DNA of 63,498 nt, the filler included, from Folioceros fuciformis (lineage: Eukaryota): NCBI GenBank assembly GCA_049999805.1. It is 16 parts of 16 records of this genome, joined end to end, with 100 filler letters (N's around TTAATTAATTAA, not from the genome) between each part and the next. Parts side by side here need not be neighbours in the genome. Positions count along the whole stretch, not along the records: positions 1 to 5,541 come from JBNGIO010002307.1; positions 5,642 to 13,142 come from JBNGIO010002308.1; 14 more parts are not named here. One strand, written 5' to 3'. Every line of letters begins with the position of its first letter. The first letter of the stretch is position 1. Positions 1-11,564 of the stretch are shown one piece after another. The notes under the pieces were generated by a model. That model was not told the DNA's origin. It saw only the letters and a program-made list of their open reading frames with translations, and did not search any database. The translations under genes were made by a program, and so were the position numbers.

Positions 1-195
1 AGCTCATCGGAGGATTCTAGCTCCATTGAGAAGGGGAGTGAGAGTGATTCAGAAACAGAGATGACATCTGCAAGGGAGTCTGAAAAGACCTACAACCGTA
101 GGTTGAAGCGAGATTTGGCTAAGGCCCGTAGGAGGAGGGAGGAGCTTGAGCGAGATGTGAAGGACAAGGGAGCACGATGAAGTCATTCAGGAAAG

Positions 196-1603
196 GTGTC
201 AAAAGATAGTAGCATGTTGGAGCAAATTGACACCTTAACTAAGCTACTCATGGAGTTGGAGGTTAAAGCCCTCAAAAGCCACAGTCCACGCCGATCTCCA
301 TCACAAGGTAGGCAGCAAGTATATTGCTCGATTTGCCATCAATCACGGCACACACATCGTGAGTGCACACGGGCTCCAAGACATGTTGTGAACCAAGTGG
401 AATCCTATGTGCCTGGGGATTATTGGTATGTAGACGAGGCCTACCAAGTTCAATCCGTGACAGGAGGGAGACCGCTACAGTCGATGCAACCTACCTACCA
501 ACCAGCTGCACCTCTTGCCATGAGGTATGGGAATCGGCCCAGTTCACTAGGGCCGTGGAGACCAGATTCATTGCAACGACCTCTCTCGGTGCCAGCAGGA
601 TGTTGCTATAACTGCAGGGTACCCGGACATTATGCAGGTACCTGATTGTACTGAGCCTCGGCGGCAGATGGGATATGTTCCCTTCTGCCAACTCTGCAAG
701 GAATTGGGACATAAGGCTGGGGAAGCACGATGTAGTGGTGTCAATCGAATAGCCCCTTTGAGACCAGGGGTTCGTTTTGCGGAGCCACCAGTAGACACAC
801 AACCTGCTAAAACAGAGACGACCATCACGGTCACGTCCACTCCAGTCCTTGTGGTGGAGACGGAGACATTGGGGGACCTTAAGCCTTCAGTAGTGTTTGC
901 TGAACCTGGTTACAAAGGGGAAACGAGTGATGGGGAGGAGGAAATGGTAGCCCGAGTAACCACCCGTGCCGAACGTCAGGAGAAGGATCGGCGGTTGGAG
1001 AAATGAAGAGACCGAGAGGAGCGACAACGGAACAAGAAGTCACAAAAGCCATCCAATGGAATGACTGAACTTGGGGCGACTGTACCCCCATCATCTTCCC
1101 CAAATGGTAGGGAACCCAATCCACAACTAAGCGAAATGATGGAAGACGTCAGAACGGGTGTTCAGGAGGAAGGACCCCTTACCTTCCCTCCTAACATTAG
1201 TAGGGAGGTTGCAGACATGTTGGAAGGTGAGTTACGGAGACTTACAAACTGTGTAGGGAGAAAGGATCCTTCCCTACCTAATGAGGTAATTGAGAAGGAG
1301 AAGGAAGATGGGGTACATGAACATTCCTCTGAGGTGAGAGCTAGAAATGATCAATCTCAAGGAGACATCAGGGAGCAAGTTGCCACAGCTGCAAGGATCT
1401 TACTAGACACCGAATTTGTGATCAGCTTAAGGCAATTGTTGGCAGCTAGTCCGAAGTCTAGGAAGATTGTGAAGGAGGTCATTTGTAACATACCCACGGC
1501 AGCCCTTCTACATGAGGCCATTATGGCAAAGGTGGATGTAGTACGGACAGCTGATTTAGGAGCTCTTGAGGTTGAGATAGAGATTGTTGGATGCTTAGTA
1601 TAG
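196..1603 (+). pseudogene. Gypsy gag C-terminal region with three CCHC zinc knuckles, frameshifted
   Basis: CSICHQSRHTHREC, CYNCRVPGHYA and CQLCKELGHKAGEARC in ORFs 196-645 and 632-1006; ISLRQLLAASP pre-protease motif in 1061-1603. Confidence 0.85.
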
Positions 1604-3490
1604 GGGTTCTGCTTGACACTCGGTCAGGGGTCAACTTGATGACGGAAGAAACGGCAAAGCGGCTTGGATTCACAACCTTCCACCCATCCCAAGTTTACTT
1701 ACGCATGGTAGACCAAACGCGGAGGCAACCCTTGGGAGTTTTGAAGCAGGTACCTACCATTATTGGAGGGATTCCCTATCCGCTTGACTATTTGGTGATC
1801 AGACATGTTTCAGAGTTGGGATACAAGGTGTTGATTGGAAGACCCTGGCTCTACGAGACAGCTTGTGTCTTTGACTTTGGGCAACAAGTTATTCGTTTCA
1901 AGGACCATGAGGGGCAAGTTAGGGGAGCTTCGTATGTTTCTTGGAAGAAAACTCCACATGGGGGGGAAACTCCTCCCCCTGCGGATGGGTACACCTCAAG
2001 CAGTCAAGAAGGGAATATATCGGAGAGTGACCAAGGGTACACAGGGTGGAATTTCGGAAGTAAGGAGATGATGGAAGATGGCTCTTGCTTTCACGTGGAT
2101 ACTGAGGTGGGATTTGCTCATCCAGATGAGGGGGCAGGAGTGAGCCAAGGAAGCAATCCTGAGGGGACCTACGTGGATCCTGACGCTGTAGAGAGATTGG
2201 AGTTAGCACCAGGGAAGGTAGTGAAGATCTCCAAATACTTGAGCCCTACGGAGAAGGAAGCCTTCCGGAGCTTACTTACAGAGTATCTTGATATCTTTGC
2301 CTTTAAAATCACTGACATGACCAGGATCCCTGAGGAATTGGGCGTGCACCGGATTGACTTGAGGGAAGGGAGCACTCCCATCCGAGTCAAACAATGCTGT
2401 TTGAACCCAAAATACTCCATGGTAGTGAAGGAGCAACTGGACCAATATTTAGAAGCAGGGGTGATATATCCTATTCTAAACAGCGAGTGGGTATCCTCCA
2501 TAGTCGTGGTCCCTAAGAAGCAGCTAGGCAAGGTGTGCGTTTGCCAGGATTTCCGCAATTTGAATGAAGCAACCAAGAAGGATCACCATCCCCTACCCTT
2601 CCTGGACAGTGTCCTAGACACGGCGGCAGGGCATGAGATGTATAGTTTTTTGGACGGTTACTCTGGGTACAATCAGATCGCCCTACGGAAGGAGGATCAA
2701 GACAAGACTACCTTCACTACATATGGGGGCACTTTTGCTTACTCCAAGTTGCCCTTCGGGCTGTGCAACGCCCCTTCCACATTTCAGCGAATTGTGAATA
2801 CCATCTTCAAGGAGTTCCTGCATAAGTTCATGGAGGTATTCCTAGATGACTTTTGTGTCTTTGGAAGGAGGGTGTTACATCTTGGACACCTACGCCAATG
2901 TTTTGAGGAGTGCAGGAGAACTAGTTTTAAGTTGCATCCGGATAAATGTTTCTTTGGGATGTTGGAGGGAGTTCTTTTGGCCCATCGTATCTCTGGGAGG
3001 GGGTTATAGGTGGATTGGGACAAGGTGGTTGTCATCATTGCCATGGATCCCCCAACCAACATAAAGCAAGTGCGAGCGTTTCTAGGGCTAGTGGGGTACT
3101 ACAGAAGGTTCATCCATGACTTTGCAAAGAAGGCAACCCTGCTAACCGAGTTGACGAAGAAAGATGTCCCCTTTGAATGGACAAGCACAAGGCAGGGGGC
3201 ATTCCTAACGTTGAAGGATGCTTTGGTGGTTGCCCCTACCTTGCAACCCCCAAATTGGGAAAATTTGTTTCACATCTATGTGGATGTCTCTGCCTACGCA
3301 ATTGGGGCAGTGCTGGGTCAAAAGGACGAGAAGGGGAAGGATTATGCAATCTTCTACGCAGGACGTCAATTAGTTGAGGTAGAGAAGAATTATTCCACCA
3401 CGGAGCGGGAAGCCCTTGGAATCATATATGCATGCAAAAAGTTTAGGCACTATCTCTTGGCATGCAAGGTTGTGTTTCACATTGATCTGG
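1591..3490 (+). pseudogene. Gypsy pol: aspartic protease, reverse transcriptase, RNase H
   Basis: LLDTRSGVNLM and LIGRPW (PR); SEWVSSIVVVPKK, DFRNLN, FLDGYSGYNQI, LPFGLCNAP, VFLDDF (RT); in-frame TAG at 3007-3009; VDVSAYAIGAVL, NYSTTEREALG, FRHYL (RNase H). Breaks off after VFHID. Confidence 0.95.
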
Positions 3491-3499
3491 ATTGCTGCT

Positions 3500-4960
3500 G
3501 GAATCCTTGAGGAAACGGGGGGGTACGGGAGACGCTGAAGGACTGCTCCAACCAGGCACGAAGAAGGAGGCTAACGGATGGTTGGTTCGCGACATGGCGA
3601 GCACGCAGCTGATGGGTCTGGCCAGGTGATTTCTTAGTTTTCTCCAGGTTTGCAAATAGGATTATCTGTCTGACCAGATGCCCCTGTTTGTGCATGAGGT
3701 AGCGAAGGGGACCAAGATTGATTGGGGAAAAATTCTGTATGCCAGGATGGACGAGGAGAGGCAGAATTGGACCCTGCCCTCTCCTCAACCCTCAATGATT
3801 TCCCCGTTTCTAGTGCATATTTATAGTTATGCTAATCTGGTGTCGAAACTGGAGGTGTTGGCTTCACTACACATGTGGAGGCCAATCAGGGATGTAAAAT
3901 GGAAGCCTGCTGAGTCAGTGAAGGTTGACTCCAGCAGTTGGGTGTCGGGGAGTGGGGACAGCTCGGAGGGGGAAGGTTCCCGTCAGGCCTAAGAAGAGGA
4001 CAACAGCTCAGGGGAAGACCCTTGCCAAGAGGAGATGGGTCAGCGGGTAGAGCACGAGAGGAGGGAGTAGGCCGGAGACACCGGAGACAACCCTGGAGCG
4101 AACCGAAGGTCAGACAAAGGAGCAGGCTGTACAAGAACAGGAGGTAGAACAGGGGCTTGCTAATTAGGGGGTTATGGATCAAGGACTGGAAGAGCAGGGG
4201 CAGGATGAAGCAGGGCTGGGGGGGTCTCAGGAGCAGACGTTAGCCGCCGAGTTAATTCCTCCCAGGCATAAGAGCGAATTAGGGCACGTTTCGACGCAAG
4301 GAGCTTTTTCAGGATGGGAGGAAATCTTCAGGAGCATTCCTCAGAAGGATAGGCTGCAAGTGGGAGACCTGGAGAAGCAGAGGGAGTTTTCAGGCGAGCA
4401 GATTACGGCGAGGGGAATGACTGTTGGAAAAACGCAGGAGGTGGATCTGCCAGGGCTGACTGCCGTGATGGTACAGGCCCAAGCAGATCTCCTGGACTAG
4501 GCTGCTGGGGCATTGACCTGGCTGAGTATGCAGGCGGAACGGGAAGCCGAGGCCCAAGGGAAGGAAGCAGAGGCATGCCAGAAGGAGGCTAAAGCCCGGA
4601 GGCCACTAGCAGAATCAGAGGCGGCGCGGCAACAGCTGGAGGAGAGACAGCGAGTTCTTGATAAAGAGAGGGCACAGGCTGAGGAAGAGGTACGCCAGGC
4701 AAAGGCCGAGGTCCAAGTGCTAAGGGAGCAATAGGGGATCCTACTAGCTCAGGTGAGGGAGGCCCATGAGACTAACCTGGAGATACAGCAGGAGATGGCC
4801 AAGGCGCAAGAGCTGGAAATAGCAGCCGTGGAATAGGCCTAGAAGCTGGCTGACAGGTACAAGCGGGAGCGAGACGAAGCCAGAGAGAGAGTGAAGGGGA
4901 AGGGTAAGGTTGGGCGCCCAAGTCAAACGGCGACCCCGGTAGCTGAAGAGGCAACCGGTA
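3500..4960 (+). pseudogene. Gypsy accessory ORF (putative plant transposon protein-like domain plus coiled coil), interrupted by stops
   Basis: Frame 3 reads GTKKEANGWLVRD...IDWGKILYARM...ISPFLVHIY, followed by an acidic linker and an E/A/Q/R-rich coiled coil (4513-4890). Homologous to 50799-51513(-). Confidence 0.7.
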
Positions 4961-4990
4961 GTCGAGAAAGGGAACCGGTAATCGAGCGGA

Positions 4991-5085
4991 CTACCGGTAG
5001 CCGAGTAGTTGCCAGGGCTACCGGTAGCCGAGTATTTGCCAGGGCTACCGGTAGCCGAGTATTTGCCAGGGCTACTGGTAGCCCG
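4991..5085. repeat. 27-bp tandem repeat (about 3.5 copies) containing the palindrome CTACCGGTAG
   Basis: ctaccggtagccgagta(g/t)ttgccaggg at 4991, 5018, 5045 and partially at 5072. Confidence 0.95.
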
Positions 5086-5305
5086 GCTGAGACTAGAGTA
5101 GCCGAGGGACCAGCTGTGGGCAAGAGAGCATGGTATCCCTACCAGGCACCCGCTCACATGTATCGTGGCCACATCAATCCCACGGTCGTTGTAGGTTTCC
5201 CCGGAATCGCTCCCCTTTGAGCCTGGTCAGCTACGTCTATCGCTCCCCTACACTAGTCAACTCTCCCAACCACGTACCTACCAATCTGGCCACACGTCCC
5301 ATCAA

Positions 5306-5470
5306 TAGGTAGGCACCATTCCTTCACTTGGAAAGGCCCCAGTACCTCCCCTACCGATTTCTAACTTCCAATCACGTTCCCACCAATCGTGCAATACGTC
5401 TCGTCAGTAGGTAGGCACCATTCCTTCACTTGGAAGGGCCCCAGTACCTCCCCTACCAACTTCCAACTAC
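5306..5470. repeat. Direct repeat, period about 102 bp
   Basis: taggtaggcaccattccttcacttggaa(a/g)ggccccagtacctcccctacc at 5306 and 5408. Confidence 0.9.
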
Positions 5471-5541
5471 CTACACCCAGCACCTTTCCCGACAAGTCTC
5501 CTCACAACACCTTCTACACGATCCAACTCCACGTTTCCCTA

Positions 5542-5641
5542 NNNNNNNNNNNNNNNNNNNNNNNNNNNNNNNNNNNNNNNNNNNNTTAATTAATTAANNN
5601 NNNNNNNNNNNNNNNNNNNNNNNNNNNNNNNNNNNNNNNNN
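5542..5641. other. Artificial contig-joining linker (first of 15)
   Basis: 44 N + TTAATTAATTAA (stops in all six frames) + 44 N. The same 100-nt linker starts at 5542, 13143, 15336, 17112, 22561, 25567, 28559, 31371, 34666, 37825, 46749, 50699, 54682, 57895 and 59313. Confidence 0.99.
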
Positions 5642-6130
5642 AGCCTGGGGTGGGGGGACCAAGGGCCGAGCGCCCCTGGTGCCTAGCGTCCCTGAGGCGC
5701 CCCCAAACAGGGAGGCGCCGCTGGCCCCCTAGTGCCCGGGGGTCAGGAGCCCCCGGTACGGGGCTGGTGCCCTGGCAGGCGCCTCGGGGGCCTGGTTGTG
5801 CCGAAACCTCGAGGTCTCGTGACGCCCTATGGATAGGGCGTCCGCCTCCCGCAGTGCCCTCCACCTACGCCCTGCAGTGGCTTGCGCACACGTCCTCCTG
5901 GTGCCCTCGGTCCCCGAGATGCCACATAGAGCTCTTGTTAACTCCAATGTTGCCATCCTCACAGCTACCTTGCGCACCACCTTGTTCGCAGCTGCTACAT
6001 CCCTCATCCTCTTGTTCCGCACCTGCTCTAATACCACTTGTAGGATCGCTATTGGAGCCACATGGTGAAGGAGGAGAGGAGAAAAGAGAGGTCACACTCT
6101 CACAATGAGTCTCAATATGCAAGGGAGCTG
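5642..6130 (-). mobile_element. LTR retrotransposon 5' end on the minus strand: partial LTR (6039-~6130), Met-type PBS (6025-6036), GC-rich leader
   Basis: gctctaatacca is the reverse complement of TGGTATTAGAGC, 2 nt from the LTR terminus tgtagg. The LTR segment matches 63063-63158. Confidence 0.8.
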
Positions 6131-8710
6131 GATTATTAGCGCAGGGCAGTTGGATAACGTTGGCTACCACTCTTGGTTTGGAGATCATTCTTGGAAGATC
6201 TCCAAAGGTTCTCTTGTGTTAGCTCGTGGATCGAAGTGTGGCACTTTGTACTCACTTCAGGTAACCACTGTTAAGGATCATGTGATTTGCGTAACGGAAT
6301 AGCCAAGTGTTTCCTTGTGGCATTGTCGATTAGGACATATGTCTCAAAAAGGAATGAAGATCTTATCTCGTTTTGGTTATGTCCCTACTCTTGACTTCTT
6401 CGTGTGTGAGCACTGTTTGTATGGGAAATAAACGAAATCGCCACAGGGAGCAAGAGGTAAACACTCTTGAGTTGGTTCACAGTGACGTTTGTGGACCTAT
6501 GCCAATTGTATCGTTAGGTGGTGCATCCTATTTTGTCACTTTCATAGATGATTTCTCACGCAAGGTGTGGGTTTATCCTTTGAGGAAAAAGGATGATGTT
6601 CTGACAATGTTTCAGAAATTCGTCACCCTTATGGAGAATCAGTCTAGCGTCCGACTGAAGTGTCTAAGGACAGACAATGGGGGAGAGTATGTTTCGAAGG
6701 CTTTCCAGTCATTCTGTGATTCCAAGGGAATCAAGAGAGAATTGACTGCCCCGTATACTCCTCCCCATAATGGTGTGGCTGAACGGATGAACAGGACCAT
6801 CCAAAAAAGGATGCGTAGCTTGTTGTTAAACTCTGGATTGCCTAACGGATTTTGGGCAGAAGCAGTGGTTACTATAGTGCATCTTATTAACAGATCTTCT
6901 AATAGGGCTATAGATGAGCAAGTTCTAGAGAAGATGATGTCTGGGAAGAAGCCGTCTTACAAGCATCTACGAGTGTTTGGCTGTGAGGCTTACTACCATG
7001 TTCCGAAGGAATTTCGGGACAAGTTGGCACCCAAGTCCAAGAAATGTATTTTTCTTGGCTGTGGTGAATCTGGTGAGATGGGATACCGTTTATGGGATCC
7101 AGAAGCGAGGAGGGTTGTTCACAGTAATGACGTGTTCTTCAATGAGTCCAAGATGCACAAGAAGCCTACTCCAACTGTGGAGGTGCAACGGGTGGTCTTC
7201 CAAGAAGATGGACTTGATCTCCCCGCGTAGGTTGAACGTCGTGATGTACAGGAACAAGTTCCTCCACTTGTAGAAGAGAAGAGAGTGCAACCAAGTCCGG
7301 TAGAGGCGCTAGTGCTTCGTACGTCAGGAAGGATTTCACATCCTCTTGATAGGTATGTTCCATCTCTTGATTATGTCATGCTGACGGATTGTGGGGAGTC
7401 CTCTTGTTATCAAGAGGCCATGTTAGTGTCTGATGAGGACAAGTAGGAGAAAGCGATGCAGTCGCAGATGGATTCCCTCCATAAGAACCAAATTTGGGAG
7501 TTGGTTTGGTTGCCTAAGGGCAAGAAGGCGTTGCCATGCAAATGAGTGTATAAGATAAAGGACATACCATATTATGGCAAACCTAAGTACAAGGCACGAT
7601 TGGTTGCTAAAGGTTTTAAGTAACAACAAGGTATTGACTTTGATGAGATTTTCTCACCAGTTGTCAAAGTGACCACCTTGCGATGTGTTCTTGGTCTGGT
7701 GAACTTGTCTAGATGGATGTGAAGTCAGCATTTCTGCATGGTGATCTCCAGGAAGAGGTATACATGCAGCAACCAAAGGGTTTCATTGAGAAGGGCAAAG
7801 AGAATTTGGTGTGCAGGTTAAAGAAGAGCCTTTATGGTTTGAAGCAGGCACCCACAGAGTGGTATTTCAAGTTCCACTCATTTATGCTTTCTCAAGCCTA
7901 CAAACATAGCGAGGAGGATCATTGCCTCTATAGAAAGCAAGCTAAGGATGGAAGCTTGCTCATTCTGGTCCTCTATGTGGATGATATAATAATTGCTAGG
8001 AATAGCAGGGATGAGATTTCAGCGTTGAAGTCAAAGTTGACTGCTTGCTTTGACATGATAGACTTGGGAGAGGCAAGCCATATTCTTGGCATGCGTATTT
8101 GTCGAGACAAACAGAAGCATTTGCTTTACTTGTCTCAAATTGAATACATTAACAAGGTGCTTCAACGTTTCAACATGGAGAAGGGGAAGGTATTGAGTAC
8201 TCCATTGCCTCCATATGTGAAACTTTCGAGCAAGGATTGCCCAAGTTCTACGGAGGACAAAGGTGAAATGGAGAAGGTTCCATACTCATCAGCTGTATGG
8301 AGTTTGATGTATGCAATGATTGCTACACGTCCTGACATTGCCTTTGCAGTGGGAGTGGTTAGCAGGTTTATGTCAAACCCTGGCAAGAAGCATTGGGAGG
8401 CAGTGAAAGGAGTTATGAGGTGCTTGAATGGTACGAAAGCTTTGTGCTTATGTTTTGGAAGTGAAGATGCATTTGTAGTGGGATATACGAATGCTGATTA
8501 TGCAGGGGATATGGACAAAAGGAGGTCCACATCAGGTTATGTCTTCATGTGCACTAGAGGGGCAGTCTCATGGCGATCTCATTTGCAACCGTGCATAACG
8601 CTATCTACCATAGAGGCCGAGTATGTTGCAGCGACTGAGGCGTGCAAGGAAGCTTTGTGGCTTTCTCATTTAGTGGGAGATTTGAGGATCAAGGTTGAGT
8701 TGCCGGTGTT
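6131..8710 (+). pseudogene. Ty1/Copia pol (GAG-pre-integrase, IN, RT, RNase H), degenerate, Tnt1/Tork-like
   Basis: LELVHSDVCGP, LRTDNGGEY, PPHNGVAERMN (IN); MDVKSAFLHG, SLYGLKQAP, LYVDDI (RT); ADYAGDMDKRRSTSGY, EAEY (RNase H). Same family as 13243-14836 and 59413-63066. Confidence 0.95.
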
Positions 8711-9562
8711 GCTTTTTTCTGCTGCCAAGAACGCTTTTTTCAGCATGAGGAGACTAGGTTGTCTGGTAGCTCGGTGGTGGGGCGGCTCACTGTTGGAGGG
8801 CCGCCTTTTGTAGGCGAGCTGGAGGAATGGGTTACCTCGGTCATAGGGTGTCCTCCCGCTTACGTCTTCCTGAAGGATGACGGCTCTTTTCAGGTTAAAT
8901 GTGATGAAGCTGCTAGGGCGCTTGCACTCTTGCGAACAACACAACTCTTCAGAGGCTCAACCCCGGTGACAGTGGAGGCCTGGTCCCCCGGCAGCTTAAT
9001 CATGTAGTCCCAGATCAAGAGGCACTTTGTTTGGGTTCGGCTGCCCGCTTTACCAGTGCAACTTATACCATTGATCAACAGGATGTGGGAAACAATCGGG
9101 CAGGTGGTGGAGATACCATAGGTGGACTCCCGATTTTTCGACAAAAGCAAGCCTCCTCGTTTCGGTGTAAGAGTAGACAACCTCTCTTCGTTGCCCGCTG
9201 GGGTGGGGGTTCGTGATCCGACAGACGCTTCAAAATGTTTCACTCAGCTCTTTGATTACCCTGGCCTCCCTGTTAGATGTGGAATCTGTGGTTTGACTAA
9301 CCATCTTAAGCTAGATTGTCCGCTCCGTTCAAGCTACAAAGGCAGGAGTGTCAACTCTGCGAAGTCTCAGTCTGAACCCCTACCCGGGTTTCAAGGAGTC
9401 CAGAAGAAGCCTTGGAGAGCTAACTTGGCAACATAGCAATGGGCTCGACAGATCCAAGAAGATTTCTTCTCGAGGCTTATAGATGCAACCATCACACAGG
9501 TGAAAATCTGTGTCTTCATGAGGAAGAAGGTGAAAAATACCTTCTACTACTGGATGCCGAGG

Positions 9563-9716
9563 GGGAGGAGATGCAGGCCTTACCTACTCGGGCACTACAG
9601 CTAGGAGCTGCAAATGATGTCCGTATGGCTGGGCTGTGGGAGGAGATGCAGGCCTTATCTGCTCGGTCATTGCAGCTGGGAGCTGCAAATGATGTCCGTA
9701 TGGCGGGGCTGCGGGA
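9563..9716 (+). repeat. 75-bp in-frame tandem duplication
   Basis: EEMQAL(PT/SA)R(A/S)LQLGAANDVRMAGL occurs twice; copy 2 of the gene has it once. Confidence 0.95.
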
Positions 9717-11325
9717 GACTATCAGAAGGAGGGCCATGAACATTGTTCAAGAAGATCTGGGTGTGTGGGAAGATTACACAAGTAAGCTTTCAAAGGATGC
9801 TAGGTTCAGCGCAATCTGTCGCAGAGTCGAAGGATCCTCCGCGATTCTATATTTCAGCACATTGTTGGACTTGGGGAGGGAGAGTCGAATTTCGAACTCC
9901 AACAAGCTGCAATGGATGGGGGAGTCCAAGGTGCTTGCCTTAGGTTCGGCAGAGGCCGAGTCACCCTTGCCACCAGAATTGCATTTAAAGCTCACCTAAG
10001 CTTCTTTGGATTGCTGACCTCGCCGATTACAATTAAGCTTCGAGACGGAAACGATTCCCTCCTATCATTCCGGTTCGCAAGAAGGTCTGGATCAGCAGAG
10101 CAGGTGCAGGTTGCTGTTAAGACAAGTATAGGCACTGAATCCGAACTTAGGTTGTTGGCAGGTACCAAGGTGGTGCAGGGAGGTACACCGTCTAAGCAGA
10201 GACCCGTAGGTGACTTAAGAGACGGGCCGGCAGGAGGCAAGGTGCTTAGTGATGCAGGTTGTGGGTTGACAGGGCTGCTCAAGAGCACCCCTTCCTCATC
10301 GAGGGAGGCGAGCCCAAGCAACCCCCAGTTTGGGGCACGTCTCTCCAAACCAAAGCGATCAGGTGCTGGTGTCAAGGAGCTGGAACTCTCGGCGAGTTCT
10401 AAGCAGGTTCTGGGCAGGACGAACCATAAGGTCGTAGGGGCAAGGAACGCCAGGAAGCTAGGTGACTCCTTACTGCGCAAGTCACAGGACAGATCCTCCT
10501 CAGTCTGTAAGGACCCTGTTGTTGGTATTTCTCCTTGCCAAGAAGACGTGTCGAGAGTGCTTGTTAGTCGCCTGTCCGGAAGGACAGGGGAACATGCTTG
10601 GTTGGATGGGATGAGCTCAAAGGCTAGAGTTGGAGGTTTGGGTCACCGCCCCTCCAGTGAGGCGACGGACGTGTTGCTGGCTAGAACGTTTGGAAGTGCT
10701 GCTCACTCCTCTTCAGGGATGGGAGGTTACGAGGGTGGTAACAACGGGGAGACTTCTGAGGTTGGGGCCAACAGATGGTGTGACCCGCAACGGGCTGGAG
10801 TGGCGGAGGATGAAGAACTGCTATCGAATCGGCCTCAGTCCCTGTTCGTGAAGCAGAAGGAATCCCATAGGTTGGCGGAGGGTGGAACGAGCTTGGGTGG
10901 CGGAAGGGCGGTGCCGCTCAGTGACTTAGGCGAGCCTATGCCGCTCATGGCTGTGGCAGGAGGCCTAGTTCAGCAGGAACATATGAAACTCCCCTTGAAG
11001 TCAAGAGTGCACGCTGAACTCGAACGACAGTGGTCGGCTGGCGCTTCAACGGTGCAGGGTGAAATCAATTCTCAGCATGGCCCCGCTGGAGACTCAGGAG
11101 ATGGGCTGAAAGGAAGGCAGGCATTTTCTATTTCAGGCAATGGGCCAACAGGGTTGCTCAAGGCCCCCCCCCTCCACAGCAGCGGAGACAGACCTAGGCA
11201 ATTGCCAGCAGCTCGCGTCTCCTCTCGCTTAAATACTCCGGCCAGGTGCAGGAACCAAGGAAGTGGAGGCCTTGGCATCCGCTTGTAACAAGCCGGGTGA
11301 TGTAGACGTTCCTTGTGGTGAGGAA

Positions 11326-11564
11326 TGTTGAAATAGCACCACAGGTTTAGAAAGACTCCACAGCCACAGGTTTAGAAAGACTCCACAGTTCTTTACTTAT
11401 GGTGCACAGGATGCTACATATATATAGCCTTCAGGTGGGACAACCTCGATAAGGTAAGCCTTAGTCTCGAAGGTGCAATATCCTAGTATATCCTGATATA
11501 TGATATGCAATATCCTAGTATATCCTGATATATGATATATCCTGATAGAACTTGATTTCTAACA
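11326..11564. mobile_element. Putative short solo LTR inserted in the LINE-like ORF
   Basis: AT-rich island bounded by TGTTGAAAT...ATTTCTAACA, with two internal tandem duplications and a TATATATA. Flanks aggaa/agagg are not a clean TSD. Confidence 0.6.

Larger units (their letters stand above)
1..5541 (+). mobile_element. Degenerate Ty3/Gypsy LTR retrotransposon internal region (gag-PR-RT-RNaseH, no integrase, accessory ORF, 3' repeats)
   Basis: Gypsy domain order: zinc knuckles, protease, RT, RNase H. No LTR end visible in this contig. Confidence 0.93.

Noticed and set aside
5586..5597. Recurrent TTAATTAATTAA palindrome as a biological repeat or CRISPR-like array
   Set aside because: Always centred in identical 44-N flanks, so it is an assembly linker. 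ORFs ending in X...LIN are artefacts.
5650..6108. GC-rich ORFs here and at 59427-59627 as genes
   Set aside because: They lie in retroelement leader or LTR sequence; stop codons are rare because of the GC content.
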